A DNA stretch of 30,293 nt from a virus (lineage: Duplodnaviria; Caudoviricetes), in the IMG/VR virus record IMGVR_UViG_3300042195_000142, positions 1 to 30,293 of that record; one strand, given 5' to 3'. Under the pieces are notes generated by a model. That model ran no database searches. It saw only the letters and a program-made list of their open reading frames with translations, and was not told where the DNA came from. Of this stretch, positions 9,293 to 18,397 are shown piece by piece. Position numbers and translations under genes: made by a program. The number at the start of each line of letters is the position of its first letter. Positions within the stretch are counted from its first letter, which is position 1.

Positions 9293-9898
9293 TCACTTGC
9301 CTCCGCCAGTGAAGAGGTTCGGGAATCCTCCCGCCGATCCGGCGGCCGAGGTCAGGCCGCCTGCGAAGCTCCCGATACCCTCGAGCGGTGAGACAGGCGC
9401 CCTCAGTCCGCCGATGACGCCGCCCGCTCCGAGTCGCGCTTGCGCCTCGTCACGCGCGAACTGGTCGCGCTGGCCCTGGAAGTTGGACAGCGCCTGGACC
9501 ACCCGCAGGATGTCAGGGAGCCGCTGTTGCGCGGCCGCCAGCTCGACCTGCCTGTCACCCTCAGCGACCGACGCCCCGGTGCGCGACGCGACCTCGGCCT
9601 CCAAGCCGCTGGCAGCGCCGCTGCGGACTCCGCTCGTCGTTGACAGCCGCGCGCGCCCCTCTTCCAGTTGCCGACGCGCCACGTCATTCGCCGTTGACCG
9701 GTTGGCGAGCTTCAAGCTCTCGACAAGATCCGGAGAAAAGCTCAACGGGTCGGCCGACACGCCCGACAGCAACTGGAGGATCTGCATCACCTGCGGGCTC
9801 TGCTCGAAGCCCTGCCCCGCTTGCGCGAGGATGTCCCCTGCCTGCGTCGCTTGCCCGATCGCCTGCTTGTTCAGCTTGCCCTGGCTCGAGTCGCCCAT
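9293..9898 (-). CDS. Small internal virion/ejection (pilot-like) protein
   Basis: 201 aa, Q/A/G-rich with a Gly-rich hydrophobic C-terminus and AGGAG RBS. It sits after the GNAT gene, as P22 gp7 and T7 gp14 do. Confidence 0.65.
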   Translation of the reverse strand: MGDSSQGKLNKQAIGQATQAGDILAQAGQGFEQSPQVMQILQLLSGVSADPLSFSPDLVESLKLANRSTANDVARRQLEEGRARLSTTSGVRSGAASGLEAEVASRTGASVAEGDRQVELAAAQQRLPDILRVVQALSNFQGQRDQFARDEAQARLGAGGVIGGLRAPVSPLEGIGSFAGGLTSAAGSAGGFPNLFTGGGK

Positions 9899-10364
9899 GC
9901 CGGAACTCCTTTCCGAACACCACCCCGATGGGGCGGTACCCGTTCCCTAGCACCTGCCGCGTAAGCTCGCGGTTCTCCATCTGCACCATCAACTGCACGG
10001 TCTCGGCGCCCAAGGTCCTCGCGAACTGCCTGAGCAGCTTACACATGGCGAGACACGCGCGCGTCCCGCGGTAGGCCGGGAGCACGTACAGGTGGTTGAC
10101 CACGACGCCCGGCCGGGTGCTGGTCCCCTGGTACCTGCCGGGCTCGGCCACAGCCAGACCGACCACGTTATCACGGTGCTCGGCTACGACGACCCCGACC
10201 GTGGGCGTGAGCAGCCACCCCATCGTGGCATGCTCGCAGACGGCGACCGCGTGTCCGTCGATGATCTCGCCGCGGAGAGCGACCGCCTCACCGATGAGCT
10301 GGCTGCGGATGCGCCACACAGCCTCGTGGTCGTCGTGCGTCGCGAATCTGGCGGTGACCGTCAT
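9684..10364 (-). CDS. GNAT-fold acetyltransferase-like virion assembly protein
   Basis: Start ATG 10364 is coupled to the fibre gene stop. Motifs VVVAEHRDNVVGLA and HLYVLPAYRGT (motif A), then FARTLGAETV...GYRP. The domain ends near 9898 but the frame stays open to 9684. Confidence 0.75.
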   Translation of the reverse strand: MTVTARFATHDDHEAVWRIRSQLIGEAVALRGEIIDGHAVAVCEHATMGWLLTPTVGVVVAEHRDNVVGLAVAEPGRYQGTSTRPGVVVNHLYVLPAYRGTRACLAMCKLLRQFARTLGAETVQLMVQMENRELTRQVLGNGYRPIGVVFGKEFRHGRLEPGQAEQAGDRASDAGRGHPRASGAGLRAEPAGDADPPVAVGRVGRPVELFSGSCRELEARQPVNGE

Positions 10365-11743
10365 GCGATGAACTTCCTGGTCCCCTTGAGCGAGAAGCCA
10401 AAGAACTCGATATCTGTGGCGTACGTGTCGTCGGCATGGTCCGCGTCGCGGTAGACAACGCCCTTCACCAGGTCGCCGGCAAACAGGTCGCCGCCGCTGA
10501 ACAGCGTCCCCATGGCGTGGACCACGAGATCGCCGGCGGCGTGTCCTGATCCGCCGCTGCCCACCACTTTGTTGCTCGTGATCTCGGCGAGCACGCCACC
10601 ATCGAGAAGGGCCTCGTTGTCTGCGACCGCCCGGCATGACACGGCCATCTCGACCGCCATCGTCGAAGTCGGGCCGGCGCTCAATCCGTAGTACGCCGTG
10701 ATCGTCACGACCGCATCCACGTCAAGATCGCCTGGCACCACGAAGCGGAACGCCCAGCCTTCTTGAGTCGTCGGCCCCCACGTCAGCGAGATGATGTGCC
10801 CGTCGTAGTCGGTTGGGTCGGTGATCTTGGCGTCCGTGGCCGCGATAGTCCCGGTCCCGATATCCTGGTAGGTCTTAGAGTCCACCAGCCAGGTCCGCTC
10901 CCAGGAGGCGTTTGGAACCTGTCCGACATTCGCGGCATGGTTCGCCAGCGTGCCCGCCGCAAGCGACGTGATCTGCTTGCCGCCCATCGACTGGTCTCCG
11001 GTGAACGCGCGCGTGCCATCCACCCGGATGTACTGAGTGTGGTCGTCGTCCAGCAGACCTGCGAATATACCGTGGTCGACGTTTGTGACGTTGACGTTGA
11101 TGAACGCGCTGCCGTTCCACACGAGGACGTCGTTCACCGCGACGCCCGTGAGCGTCACGTTCGACAGGTCTCCGATGGCAAGCACGGCAGCAGCCAGAGC
11201 CGGCAGCGTCGTGTCCGCCCATGCCGTGCCATTCCAGATGATGATGTCGTTCGCCGCCTTGATCATGTTCGCGACGTCGGCCAGATCCTCCAGGTCGAGG
11301 ACGGCACCCGCCAAGGACGGCAGGGTCGTGTGGACCCACTCGCCACCCACCGACCGGATGATCCGGTTGTCAGCATGGGCCACCGTGACGTCGCCTAAGT
11401 CCGTGAGATCGGTTCCGCCGACAGCCGAAAGGAACGGGATCTTGGACCAGATTGACCCGTCCCAGTAGATGATGTCGTTGGTGGATGGCGACGCTGCACT
11501 GACGTCCGAGATGTCGTCTAGGTTGAACGTCCCGATCGTCAGACCGTCGGCGCTGCACGTAAGCTTTAAGCCGTCCAGCTTGACCGACATTTTGTTGACC
11601 GCATCCAACGCCAGGCCACAGCCCAATTCGTTGAACGCACGCGCGTAGAACCGCAGAAGATGCTTGTGCAGGACCTCGATCCAGTCCTGGAAGTCAGGCG
11701 TGCAGATCGGCGGCGGTTCGCCAAGTGGCAGCTTCAGCGTCAT
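10361..11743 (-). CDS. Tail fibre / spike protein
   Basis: Four L.DL.DV...(ND)II.W.G..W repeats, a DHG..GLLDDDHTQY motif, a trimeric neck-like QITSLAAGTLANHAANVGQV segment and a beta-rich C-terminal head. Confidence 0.75.
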   Translation of the reverse strand: MTLKLPLGEPPPICTPDFQDWIEVLHKHLLRFYARAFNELGCGLALDAVNKMSVKLDGLKLTCSADGLTIGTFNLDDISDVSAASPSTNDIIYWDGSIWSKIPFLSAVGGTDLTDLGDVTVAHADNRIIRSVGGEWVHTTLPSLAGAVLDLEDLADVANMIKAANDIIIWNGTAWADTTLPALAAAVLAIGDLSNVTLTGVAVNDVLVWNGSAFINVNVTNVDHGIFAGLLDDDHTQYIRVDGTRAFTGDQSMGGKQITSLAAGTLANHAANVGQVPNASWERTWLVDSKTYQDIGTGTIAATDAKITDPTDYDGHIISLTWGPTTQEGWAFRFVVPGDLDVDAVVTITAYYGLSAGPTSTMAVEMAVSCRAVADNEALLDGGVLAEITSNKVVGSGGSGHAAGDLVVHAMGTLFSGGDLFAGDLVKGVVYRDADHADDTYATDIEFFGFSLKGTRKFIA

Positions 11744-14700
11744 CGCGCGTCAACCTCCATCCCATCGAATAGCATCTGCTGGATCTTCACCCGGCCGAAG
11801 ATCGACGGAGGGAACGATGCTCCTGTGAGCGCGGCAAGCCCGGTGTCGCCGACGCGCACCCTCCAGTTGCGACCGAGTCCGCCCACGGCAAGCAACACGT
11901 GCGTCTCGGTTGTGGCCCACGTCGATTCGGCGTTGTAGGTCGACGACCCGAACGGTTGCGTGCGTGCCGACACGTTCGGCTCGGCGGCGATCCGCACGAT
12001 GTTGCTGGCGTTGTCGGATGTCCCACGGAGATGCGCCCAGTGCATCCGCACCAACGAGAACGGGTTGCCGAAGTTGAGATTGAAGTCAGCGTAGAACTCG
12101 ACCGCCCCGATGCCGTATGGATCGTTGGTTGCCGGGGAGGCCGCCTGCGTCTCGTAGAAGGTCAGGGTGTTCGCCGTGTTGGACGCGATAAGGGCGTAGT
12201 TGAGCGACCCCAAGCTCTTGTCGTACCAGATGCAGTAGAGGCCCTTGTATGCGTCCACGGTCCACGTCCGACCGGTGTCCTGCAAGGTGGTCGTCGAGTG
12301 GTCGCCCGTGGCAAGGCCGGCGGCCACCGTGACGGCGTCGGAGTGACCATCGAAGTCACCGGTGTCGAGCTTGACGACGTGGCCGCGCGAGATCCCAAAC
12401 ATCTGAGGGTCGTCGTTCTCGTCCTCAATTTCGGCGACCACGTCTAAGTCCATGCGGTAGCGCGACCACACCCCTTGGCTGTAGTCGAAGACGAGGATGG
12501 TGTCGTTCCGCGTGTTGCCTGTCGTGCTCAGCGCCATCCACACCTGTGAGCGACGACGATGCAGAGCGACCGAGATGTCACCACGCCTGGCCGGGTTGAT
12601 GGTGTCGCGGACGAAGGTCTGGATGGACGGCCGCTCGGGGTCCTGCGGCGAGCTGGCGTTGAAGGTCGTCGAGCCATCCCACAAGACGATGTCGCGCTCG
12701 CCGACGTAGATGTGAGCCGAGTCGAACTCGAGAACCGCCAAGGGGCCGACGGCGCCCGAGTCCTTGGACAGGAAGGTCAGGAAGAACGGATCCGTGGAGT
12801 CGCCCGACGCCGTGATCCTGACGCGGCCGTCGCGGTAGTGGGCGATCAGGGAGTCGCGCAAGGTCTCGAGCGCCGAGATCGGGTCGCCGGAGTCCAAGTC
12901 GGTGTCGACGAAGTCGGTTGCCTGGTTGAAGGCGTCGAGAGCGCCCGGCTGACTCCAGTAGACCCGCGTCGGGTTGGTCGCCCAACCGGCGACGAACAGG
13001 CGGTCCTTGAACACCTTGACGATGCTCCCTGGTGGCGGCTCCTCGTTGCCCGTCAACGAAAGTCCTGTCGTGCTGATCGAGCCGATGTCGACTGTGTAGG
13101 TGGTCGCGGTGTTGCCCTCGACGATCGCATCGTCACCTGCGGCCGTGGTCGCCAGAAAGAAGTTGCTGTCGTCGGTCGAAATCCATATGCGGCGCTGCGT
13201 GACCTGCGGGTCAGACGAGATCGGGATCTTCAAGCTGTCGATGGCTCCGCTGCCGCTGCCGCCGCTGATGACAGCCGACCCCGACGGCGACGGATCGCTC
13301 TCGGCGCCGGTGACGCCGTTCCGGTAGGTGACCTTGATGTAGTAGGTCCCATCGGCGAGACTGCCGCCGCTGGTCTTGGTCGTCACGACAGGAACCTGGA
13401 ACGGAGCTCGGATGCCCACCCAGTCGATCAGGCCGCCCGACCACTTGCGCGGCCTCTTGCCGTTGTTGGAAGCCATGTAGACCGTGCTGCCGTACTGGGC
13501 GACCGTCCACTTGCCACCCTTGTGCAGGTTGCCGGCGACCGGGGTCGCAGACGCAGCCACAAGGTCGATCTCGTACAGCGTGGTCCCACAGATGGCGAGC
13601 ATGCTGCGGGAGACTGAGCCTTGCGGTCCGATCCGGTCGTAGGCGTAGAGCATCTGGCCTTCGACCGACTGGTATGGGTCCACCAGGCCGATGTCCCAGC
13701 GGACGCCGTCCTCCTCCTCGGGGTAGAGGTAGCTGTCTGCCTTGACCACGAGCGTCGTCACCTGCCCGGTGACCTCCAAGACATTCCCGTAACCGTCCTC
13801 GAGCGGCAGCCCGTAGATCAAGTTGAAGGTCGCCTGCGCACCCGACTGCGTAGGCAGCGGGCCGACGGGCGTGGTACGTCGTGACCATTGGTCGAACGGA
13901 TCGTAGAGCGTGATGACGCTGGCGATCGCATTGGTGTTGCTGTCGTAGGAGCGGAAGAAGGCGACGTCGGACAGCACCCCGAAGAGGTGCGCGTCGTTGC
14001 TGTTCTCGGTTGGAGGGTAGTCAAAGTCCGTGATCTGCGTCCCGAATGACCATGACGCCGCGACGCTCGCAGGGTCCAAGTCGCTGCCACCGTCGGTGGT
14101 GATCGGCGAGCCGGCGACCACGTTGGTTACGCCTTCGATCTTGCACCACGGAGTCACCAGCTCGGTTCCCCCGCTGTTGCGACCCAAGTTGACGGTCACG
14201 CGGTGGCGAGTGTCCTGGTTGTCCGAAAGCGTCAGTCCGACGGCCGTCGTTTGGGTTCCGCTGGCGGCGTCTCGGTAGTAGACGATGATGTCGTCATTCT
14301 CGACCCGAACTCCGAGAGGAGAGGGGTCTTGGGCGGTTGGGTCGTCGTCAGCGGATGTCCCTGCCCAGAATATGGTCTGATCCCTGACAGCCGTTTCACC
14401 AGGACCCAGGCGCGGTGTGTATACGAACGCAAAGGTCCAGGACCGGACCGGAGTGCCTCCAGTGGTGAACGCCTGCGAGGTTGTGTCGTAGAGGCTGAAC
14501 ACCCGTTGCGGGGCAGCGCTCCAGGTAGTCTGGATGAATCCGGAATCGCCGAAGAACTCGAGTCCGGTGCGTCCGACAACAACGTCAGGATCGGTGACCC
14601 ATTCGGGTCCTTCCGCCCCGATGACTCCGGTGAAGGCGTTTCCCGATGAATCGGCGACGGTGCTTCCGTTCCCATCGTTCAACTTCCAGTACCCGACGCA

Positions 14701-15450
14701 CGTGGCGGCCTCGGCATCGGTCAACTCGCGGTTGTAAGCCCCTTGGAACGATGGTTTGGCGGCGCCGTTGAACAGTCGGAACTCGGCCAGGGTGAAGTTC
14801 GCGTTGCCGGTGCTCGCCGCGTCGGCGCCGATGAACCATCGTGCGGATGAGCTGACGAATCCGGCGACGGTGGTCGTGGCCGAACCGATGTCGGCGCCGT
14901 TGCCGTCGAGGACGCTCAGGGTGTAGCCGGTGTCGCCGGCAGTGCTGTAGAACTCGATGAAGCGGAACTGATCGACTGGCACGGTGTCCGAGGCATTGCC
15001 GTCATCGACGGTGATGTCACGAAGCAAGACGCCGGCGTCGAACACCCTTAAGCGCCACGCACCGTTGGACCCTGACGCCGGGTCGTAGCTCAACTGGAAG
15101 AAGCGTCCGATGCTGATACCCGACCCGCGGCCGAGGATGGTCACCTCGGAAGTCGGATACTCACGCATCACGGCAACGATGCTCACGTAGCCTCTTGATG
15201 CGAAGTCGAAATCGGGTTGGTCCAAGATGCTGATGAAGTCGTTGTCTCCGTCGAACCGTGCCGAGCAATCGCGCAGCATCGTTGTCTGGCCGTGGACTCG
15301 CCGAAAGCCAGCTCGACGCTCCATGATCCGGTTGCTGAACTCGACGTTGCGCAGATCGGGCGACTCGATCCGAGTCAACTGCAACGGGTCGTCGCGGTCC
15401 GACAGCCCCGCGAACCTGTCGATTCTGGCTGTCACGCGCTTGGCGGTCAT
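11740..15450 (-). CDS. Tail nozzle / stabilization protein (P22 gp10 / T7 gp12-like) with inserted LamG-like domains
   Basis: The N-terminus FAGLSDRDDP...DLRNVEF...MERRAGF is nozzle-like. LamG signatures SARFDGDNDFI, GYWKLNDGNGSTVADSSGN and GLEFFGDSGFI; propeller-like FKDRLFVAG...RVYWS and LVFDYSQGVWS. Follows the adaptor gene. Confidence 0.7.
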   Translation of the reverse strand: MTAKRVTARIDRFAGLSDRDDPLQLTRIESPDLRNVEFSNRIMERRAGFRRVHGQTTMLRDCSARFDGDNDFISILDQPDFDFASRGYVSIVAVMREYPTSEVTILGRGSGISIGRFFQLSYDPASGSNGAWRLRVFDAGVLLRDITVDDGNASDTVPVDQFRFIEFYSTAGDTGYTLSVLDGNGADIGSATTTVAGFVSSSARWFIGADAASTGNANFTLAEFRLFNGAAKPSFQGAYNRELTDAEAATCVGYWKLNDGNGSTVADSSGNAFTGVIGAEGPEWVTDPDVVVGRTGLEFFGDSGFIQTTWSAAPQRVFSLYDTTSQAFTTGGTPVRSWTFAFVYTPRLGPGETAVRDQTIFWAGTSADDDPTAQDPSPLGVRVENDDIIVYYRDAASGTQTTAVGLTLSDNQDTRHRVTVNLGRNSGGTELVTPWCKIEGVTNVVAGSPITTDGGSDLDPASVAASWSFGTQITDFDYPPTENSNDAHLFGVLSDVAFFRSYDSNTNAIASVITLYDPFDQWSRRTTPVGPLPTQSGAQATFNLIYGLPLEDGYGNVLEVTGQVTTLVVKADSYLYPEEEDGVRWDIGLVDPYQSVEGQMLYAYDRIGPQGSVSRSMLAICGTTLYEIDLVAASATPVAGNLHKGGKWTVAQYGSTVYMASNNGKRPRKWSGGLIDWVGIRAPFQVPVVTTKTSGGSLADGTYYIKVTYRNGVTGAESDPSPSGSAVISGGSGSGAIDSLKIPISSDPQVTQRRIWISTDDSNFFLATTAAGDDAIVEGNTATTYTVDIGSISTTGLSLTGNEEPPPGSIVKVFKDRLFVAGWATNPTRVYWSQPGALDAFNQATDFVDTDLDSGDPISALETLRDSLIAHYRDGRVRITASGDSTDPFFLTFLSKDSGAVGPLAVLEFDSAHIYVGERDIVLWDGSTTFNASSPQDPERPSIQTFVRDTINPARRGDISVALHRRRSQVWMALSTTGNTRNDTILVFDYSQGVWSRYRMDLDVVAEIEDENDDPQMFGISRGHVVKLDTGDFDGHSDAVTVAAGLATGDHSTTTLQDTGRTWTVDAYKGLYCIWYDKSLGSLNYALIASNTANTLTFYETQAASPATNDPYGIGAVEFYADFNLNFGNPFSLVRMHWAHLRGTSDNASNIVRIAAEPNVSARTQPFGSSTYNAESTWATTETHVLLAVGGLGRNWRVRVGDTGLAALTGASFPPSIFGRVKIQQMLFDGMEVDAR

Positions 15451-15453
15451 GGG

Positions 15454-16203
15454 TCAGTGACTAAGGTCGGTGCCGGACAGCCCGGTCGGGCGGTAGCCTG
15501 GGAACTGTGGCGCGCCTCCGTATCTGCGGGCCTTAAAGACGCGACCGGTGTAGGACTTGGCGGCCTTGCGCATCTTGCCCTTCCACTCGTTGAAGGACAC
15601 GAATGCCGATTCGGACTGTTCCCTGGTCAGGAACTGGCGCAGCTTCCACAGGGCTCCGTCAATGATCCCATCGACGAACTCGCGCGGGAATCGCTGGTCC
15701 AGCTCATCACCGTCGGCGGCCGCCGATTGGTCGACCGGCTTGGCGAAGTAGCTGTAGTTGATCGTGTAGGTGGTTTCCGGCGTCGGCACGAGTCGCATGA
15801 TCTGGTGGCCGGTGGTGCTCGACGCCGTCCGCGCGCGACCCTTCATGATGTAGAAGCGTGGCCGGTTCTCACCCTCGAACAAGCGGTCACCTTCCAGCTC
15901 GTCGTGGCGCTGCTGATCGAGCATGTGCAGCGTCTCTTGAGGGGGCGAGTCATGCTTGACGCCGGGCTCGATGATCCGCTGGAAGTCCGCCGCGAGCTCG
16001 TAGTCTGCGGTCGAGGTGGCGGCCGAGACCGTGCTCTCGGCTTCGTATGCCGGGTGGTCGGTCTCGGTCACCATCTGGAGCATCGAGTAGTAGAGCGCCC
16101 ACTTGATTTCGGTCTTGAGCTCGGAGCTCGCGTTCGCCGTGTTCGCGAGATGAAAGTGGACGCGGCTGACGAGGTCGCCGATCGTGCGTGATTCGACGGC
16201 CAT
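15454..16203 (-). CDS. Head-tail adaptor / tail tubular protein A-like
   Basis: 249 aa with YELAADFQRI...RPRFY...MRLVPTPETTYTINYSY...FPREFVDGIIDGAL, typical of phage adaptors. Position fits. Confidence 0.75.
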   Translation of the reverse strand: MAVESRTIGDLVSRVHFHLANTANASSELKTEIKWALYYSMLQMVTETDHPAYEAESTVSAATSTADYELAADFQRIIEPGVKHDSPPQETLHMLDQQRHDELEGDRLFEGENRPRFYIMKGRARTASSTTGHQIMRLVPTPETTYTINYSYFAKPVDQSAAADGDELDQRFPREFVDGIIDGALWKLRQFLTREQSESAFVSFNEWKGKMRKAAKSYTGRVFKARRYGGAPQFPGYRPTGLSGTDLSH

Positions 16204-16209
16204 CGTCTG

Positions 16210-16659
16210 CTACCCCTCTTCGTGCGCCCCGATCAGCGGCGGATTCAAGGCGCCCTGGTGCTTCTTCTCGTCTTTGCGCGGCTTGGGGTCCGAGATGTTC
16301 TCCGCGTGGCTCTCCGCTGGTTCGAAGCCGACCCTTGGCGCGCGCAGCGCCCGGTCGCGCCACCCCTTGGGAAGCTCATCCTTGCCGCGCCAGCGGATGA
16401 ACGCCTCGGCGATCGTGCTGTCATCCTTCATGCACTCGCCGAGGACGGCGCGCAAGTCCTGGTAGCTCAGCGGACCCTGCCCGTCCTTCTTCGGGACGTC
16501 GACTCTCCTGGCCGTCAGCGTGGAGCGGTCCCAGTCGCACGAGCAGGACTTGAACCTCCCCGATCTGGCGCAGATGTACCACCAGCGGTTCTGGTAGGGG
16601 ATCTCGTGGCGGTCGATGTCGGGCACGTCATCCCAAGGTGCGTTCTGTCTGCGGTCCAT
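16210..16659 (-). CDS. Hypothetical protein
   Basis: 149 aa from ATG 16659, downstream of an intergenic hairpin, in operon orientation. Confidence 0.55.
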   Translation of the reverse strand: MDRRQNAPWDDVPDIDRHEIPYQNRWWYICARSGRFKSCSCDWDRSTLTARRVDVPKKDGQGPLSYQDLRAVLGECMKDDSTIAEAFIRWRGKDELPKGWRDRALRAPRVGFEPAESHAENISDPKPRKDEKKHQGALNPPLIGAHEEG

Positions 16660-16678
16660 GTGGTCTCTCTGGTTGTGC

Positions 16679-16702
16679 GGCGGGGACCCGATTGTCCCCG
16701 CC
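16679..16702 (-). terminator. Hairpin downstream of the capsid/cement genes (terminator or mRNA stabiliser)
   Basis: 9-bp stem GGCGGGGAC / GTCCCCGCC with a 6-nt loop and no strong U tail. Confidence 0.5.
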
Positions 16703-16718
16703 TGAGCGTTGGCTTGGT

Positions 16719-17201
16719 CTACGACATGGCGCCGTTGACCCACACGCGCGAGTTGCCGTCGGAGCCGGTCTGCTCCAGAGCGATGAAGCGGAACCAGTTG
16801 CCGGTGGTGGCGGTGCTGACGTCGAGCTCCACCAGCTTGCCGGCAGCCGCGAGCTGGAGCGGGTCCAGGTCCTCGATGGTGTTGCTGGAGCCGTCGGTGA
16901 GCGCGTTGATCGCCCCGGCGACGCAGACCTCGATCTGGTCACCGTCCAAGGCCTGGCGGCCTTTCAAGCCGTCGTCCGTGGTCTCGACACCCGTCCCCCC
17001 GCTGCCCGTGTAGATGCCGATGGCCAGCCAGTCTTCTCCGGCGTCGGCCGAATCGACCAGGAGCCTTCCGTCCGTGGAGTTGCCGGCGTCCAAGACGACG
17101 ACCTCCCCGACCTCGATGGTGGCGTCGGCCTCCACCCAGATCCGTTTGGTGTTGTCCGGGGTCGAGACGACGTCGTCCCTGTTGATGCCTCCAAGAGTCA
17201 T
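16719..17201 (-). CDS. Capsid cement/decoration protein
   Basis: Start ATG 17201 after AGGAGGTGA. Acidic, beta-rich 160 aa (EADATIEVGEVVVL...GDQIEVCVAG...IALE) directly after the major capsid gene. Confidence 0.7.
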   Translation of the reverse strand: MTLGGINRDDVVSTPDNTKRIWVEADATIEVGEVVVLDAGNSTDGRLLVDSADAGEDWLAIGIYTGSGGTGVETTDDGLKGRQALDGDQIEVCVAGAINALTDGSSNTIEDLDPLQLAAAGKLVELDVSTATTGNWFRFIALEQTGSDGNSRVWVNGAMS

Positions 17202-17218
17202 GGGTTCACCTCCTGATC

Positions 17219-18373
17219 TCAGGTCCCGTAGTCGAAGATGGTGCCCAGGTAGCGCGGGTTGCGCGCCACGAGCTGCCCACGCCACACCATGTGGCGCACC
17301 GCTGCGAGCTGGTCCGTCGGCTCCTTCGGCTTGCGAAGGGCGAAGTCCGCCCGGGAGTCGACCGCGAGGTCGATCATGCGCGTGTTGAGCATGTAGAGCC
17401 TCTGCTTGGCGCTGGTGGCATTGCCGAGGCTCGAGTTGCGCGTGGTCGCGAACTCGTCCATGATCCACATGGCGCCCTTGAACTTGATGTTGTCGAACGC
17501 CAGGTTGACGTCCTTGAGCGCGCCGCCCTCCTTGGCGAACCGCTGCTTGTCGAAGCCCGCGAACTCGTAGTCGTCGAACGGCTGCTGGGACGAGATGATC
17601 AGGTCCGGGTGCATCACCCCGTAGGAGCAGAACGAGTAGAGCTGAAAGAGCGCCTTCAAGGCCGCGTTGGGTGCCCCGCTGGACAGCCCAAAGGTGTTGC
17701 CGGCAGACGTGTCAAGGAAGTCGATGGACACGTTCTCCCAGCCGGTCCCGGTCGTCTCGACGTCCGTGAAGGCGACGCGCGTGATGCCACCCAAGGTGTT
17801 GGTGGCCTGACGAGCGCGCCAGCGGTCGTTGATGTAGCCGAGGGTCGTCTCGGCGTCCGTCGTGGTGTTTTGCGCCTGCGTGTCGGCGTAGCAGATGTCC
17901 TCCAGCCCGATGACGTTCTTGCTGTTGCTTGAGGAGCCCTTGTAGATGTCCTTGGCGATGCGGTCGGCCATCGACAGTTCGACCTGCTCCACGTACTCCT
18001 CGAGCCGGTCGGCGATCGCCTGCGGGGAGGTGAACTCCCACTCCTCCTCCAGCGACATGGCCAGAGGAGCTGCGTAGTTGGAGACAGGGAACGATGCCGC
18101 CTGCGCGCCCTTGGATGACGCCGTGGAGACCGTGTCGTAGCCGCCGAACGCGTCGACGCCTGCTGACTTGGACTCCAGGATACGGACGTTCAGGAACGCG
18201 GGAAGAGGCCGTGTCTTCTTCGACGTTCGCGACAGCACGTACAGAACCGGCACGTTGTTGAAGACGATGTCCTCGGCCTTGCGGCCGTTCCACCAATCTT
18301 CGAGGACGTGCGTGAACAGCGTGGTGAACGAGCCTGACGCCGACCCGTTGACCAGCCTGGATGCGGTGGGCAT
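17219..18373 (-). CDS. Major capsid protein
   Basis: 384 aa with a strong AAAGGAGG RBS, after the scaffold. HK97-like motifs GYDT..., PDLIISSQ..F..Y, FDNIKFKGA and LYMLNT...W.GQLVARNPR. Confidence 0.85.
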   Translation of the reverse strand: MPTASRLVNGSASGSFTTLFTHVLEDWWNGRKAEDIVFNNVPVLYVLSRTSKKTRPLPAFLNVRILESKSAGVDAFGGYDTVSTASSKGAQAASFPVSNYAAPLAMSLEEEWEFTSPQAIADRLEEYVEQVELSMADRIAKDIYKGSSSNSKNVIGLEDICYADTQAQNTTTDAETTLGYINDRWRARQATNTLGGITRVAFTDVETTGTGWENVSIDFLDTSAGNTFGLSSGAPNAALKALFQLYSFCSYGVMHPDLIISSQQPFDDYEFAGFDKQRFAKEGGALKDVNLAFDNIKFKGAMWIMDEFATTRNSSLGNATSAKQRLYMLNTRMIDLAVDSRADFALRKPKEPTDQLAAVRHMVWRGQLVARNPRYLGTIFDYGT

Positions 18374-18397
18374 GTAGTTGCCTCCTTTGGCCTTCCG

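Noticed and set aside
16719-17468. -1 frameshift fusing the major capsid protein to the cement protein
   Set aside because: The overlapping frame is open, but I found no slippery heptamer, the cement gene has its own strong RBS, and open alternate frames are common at this GC content.
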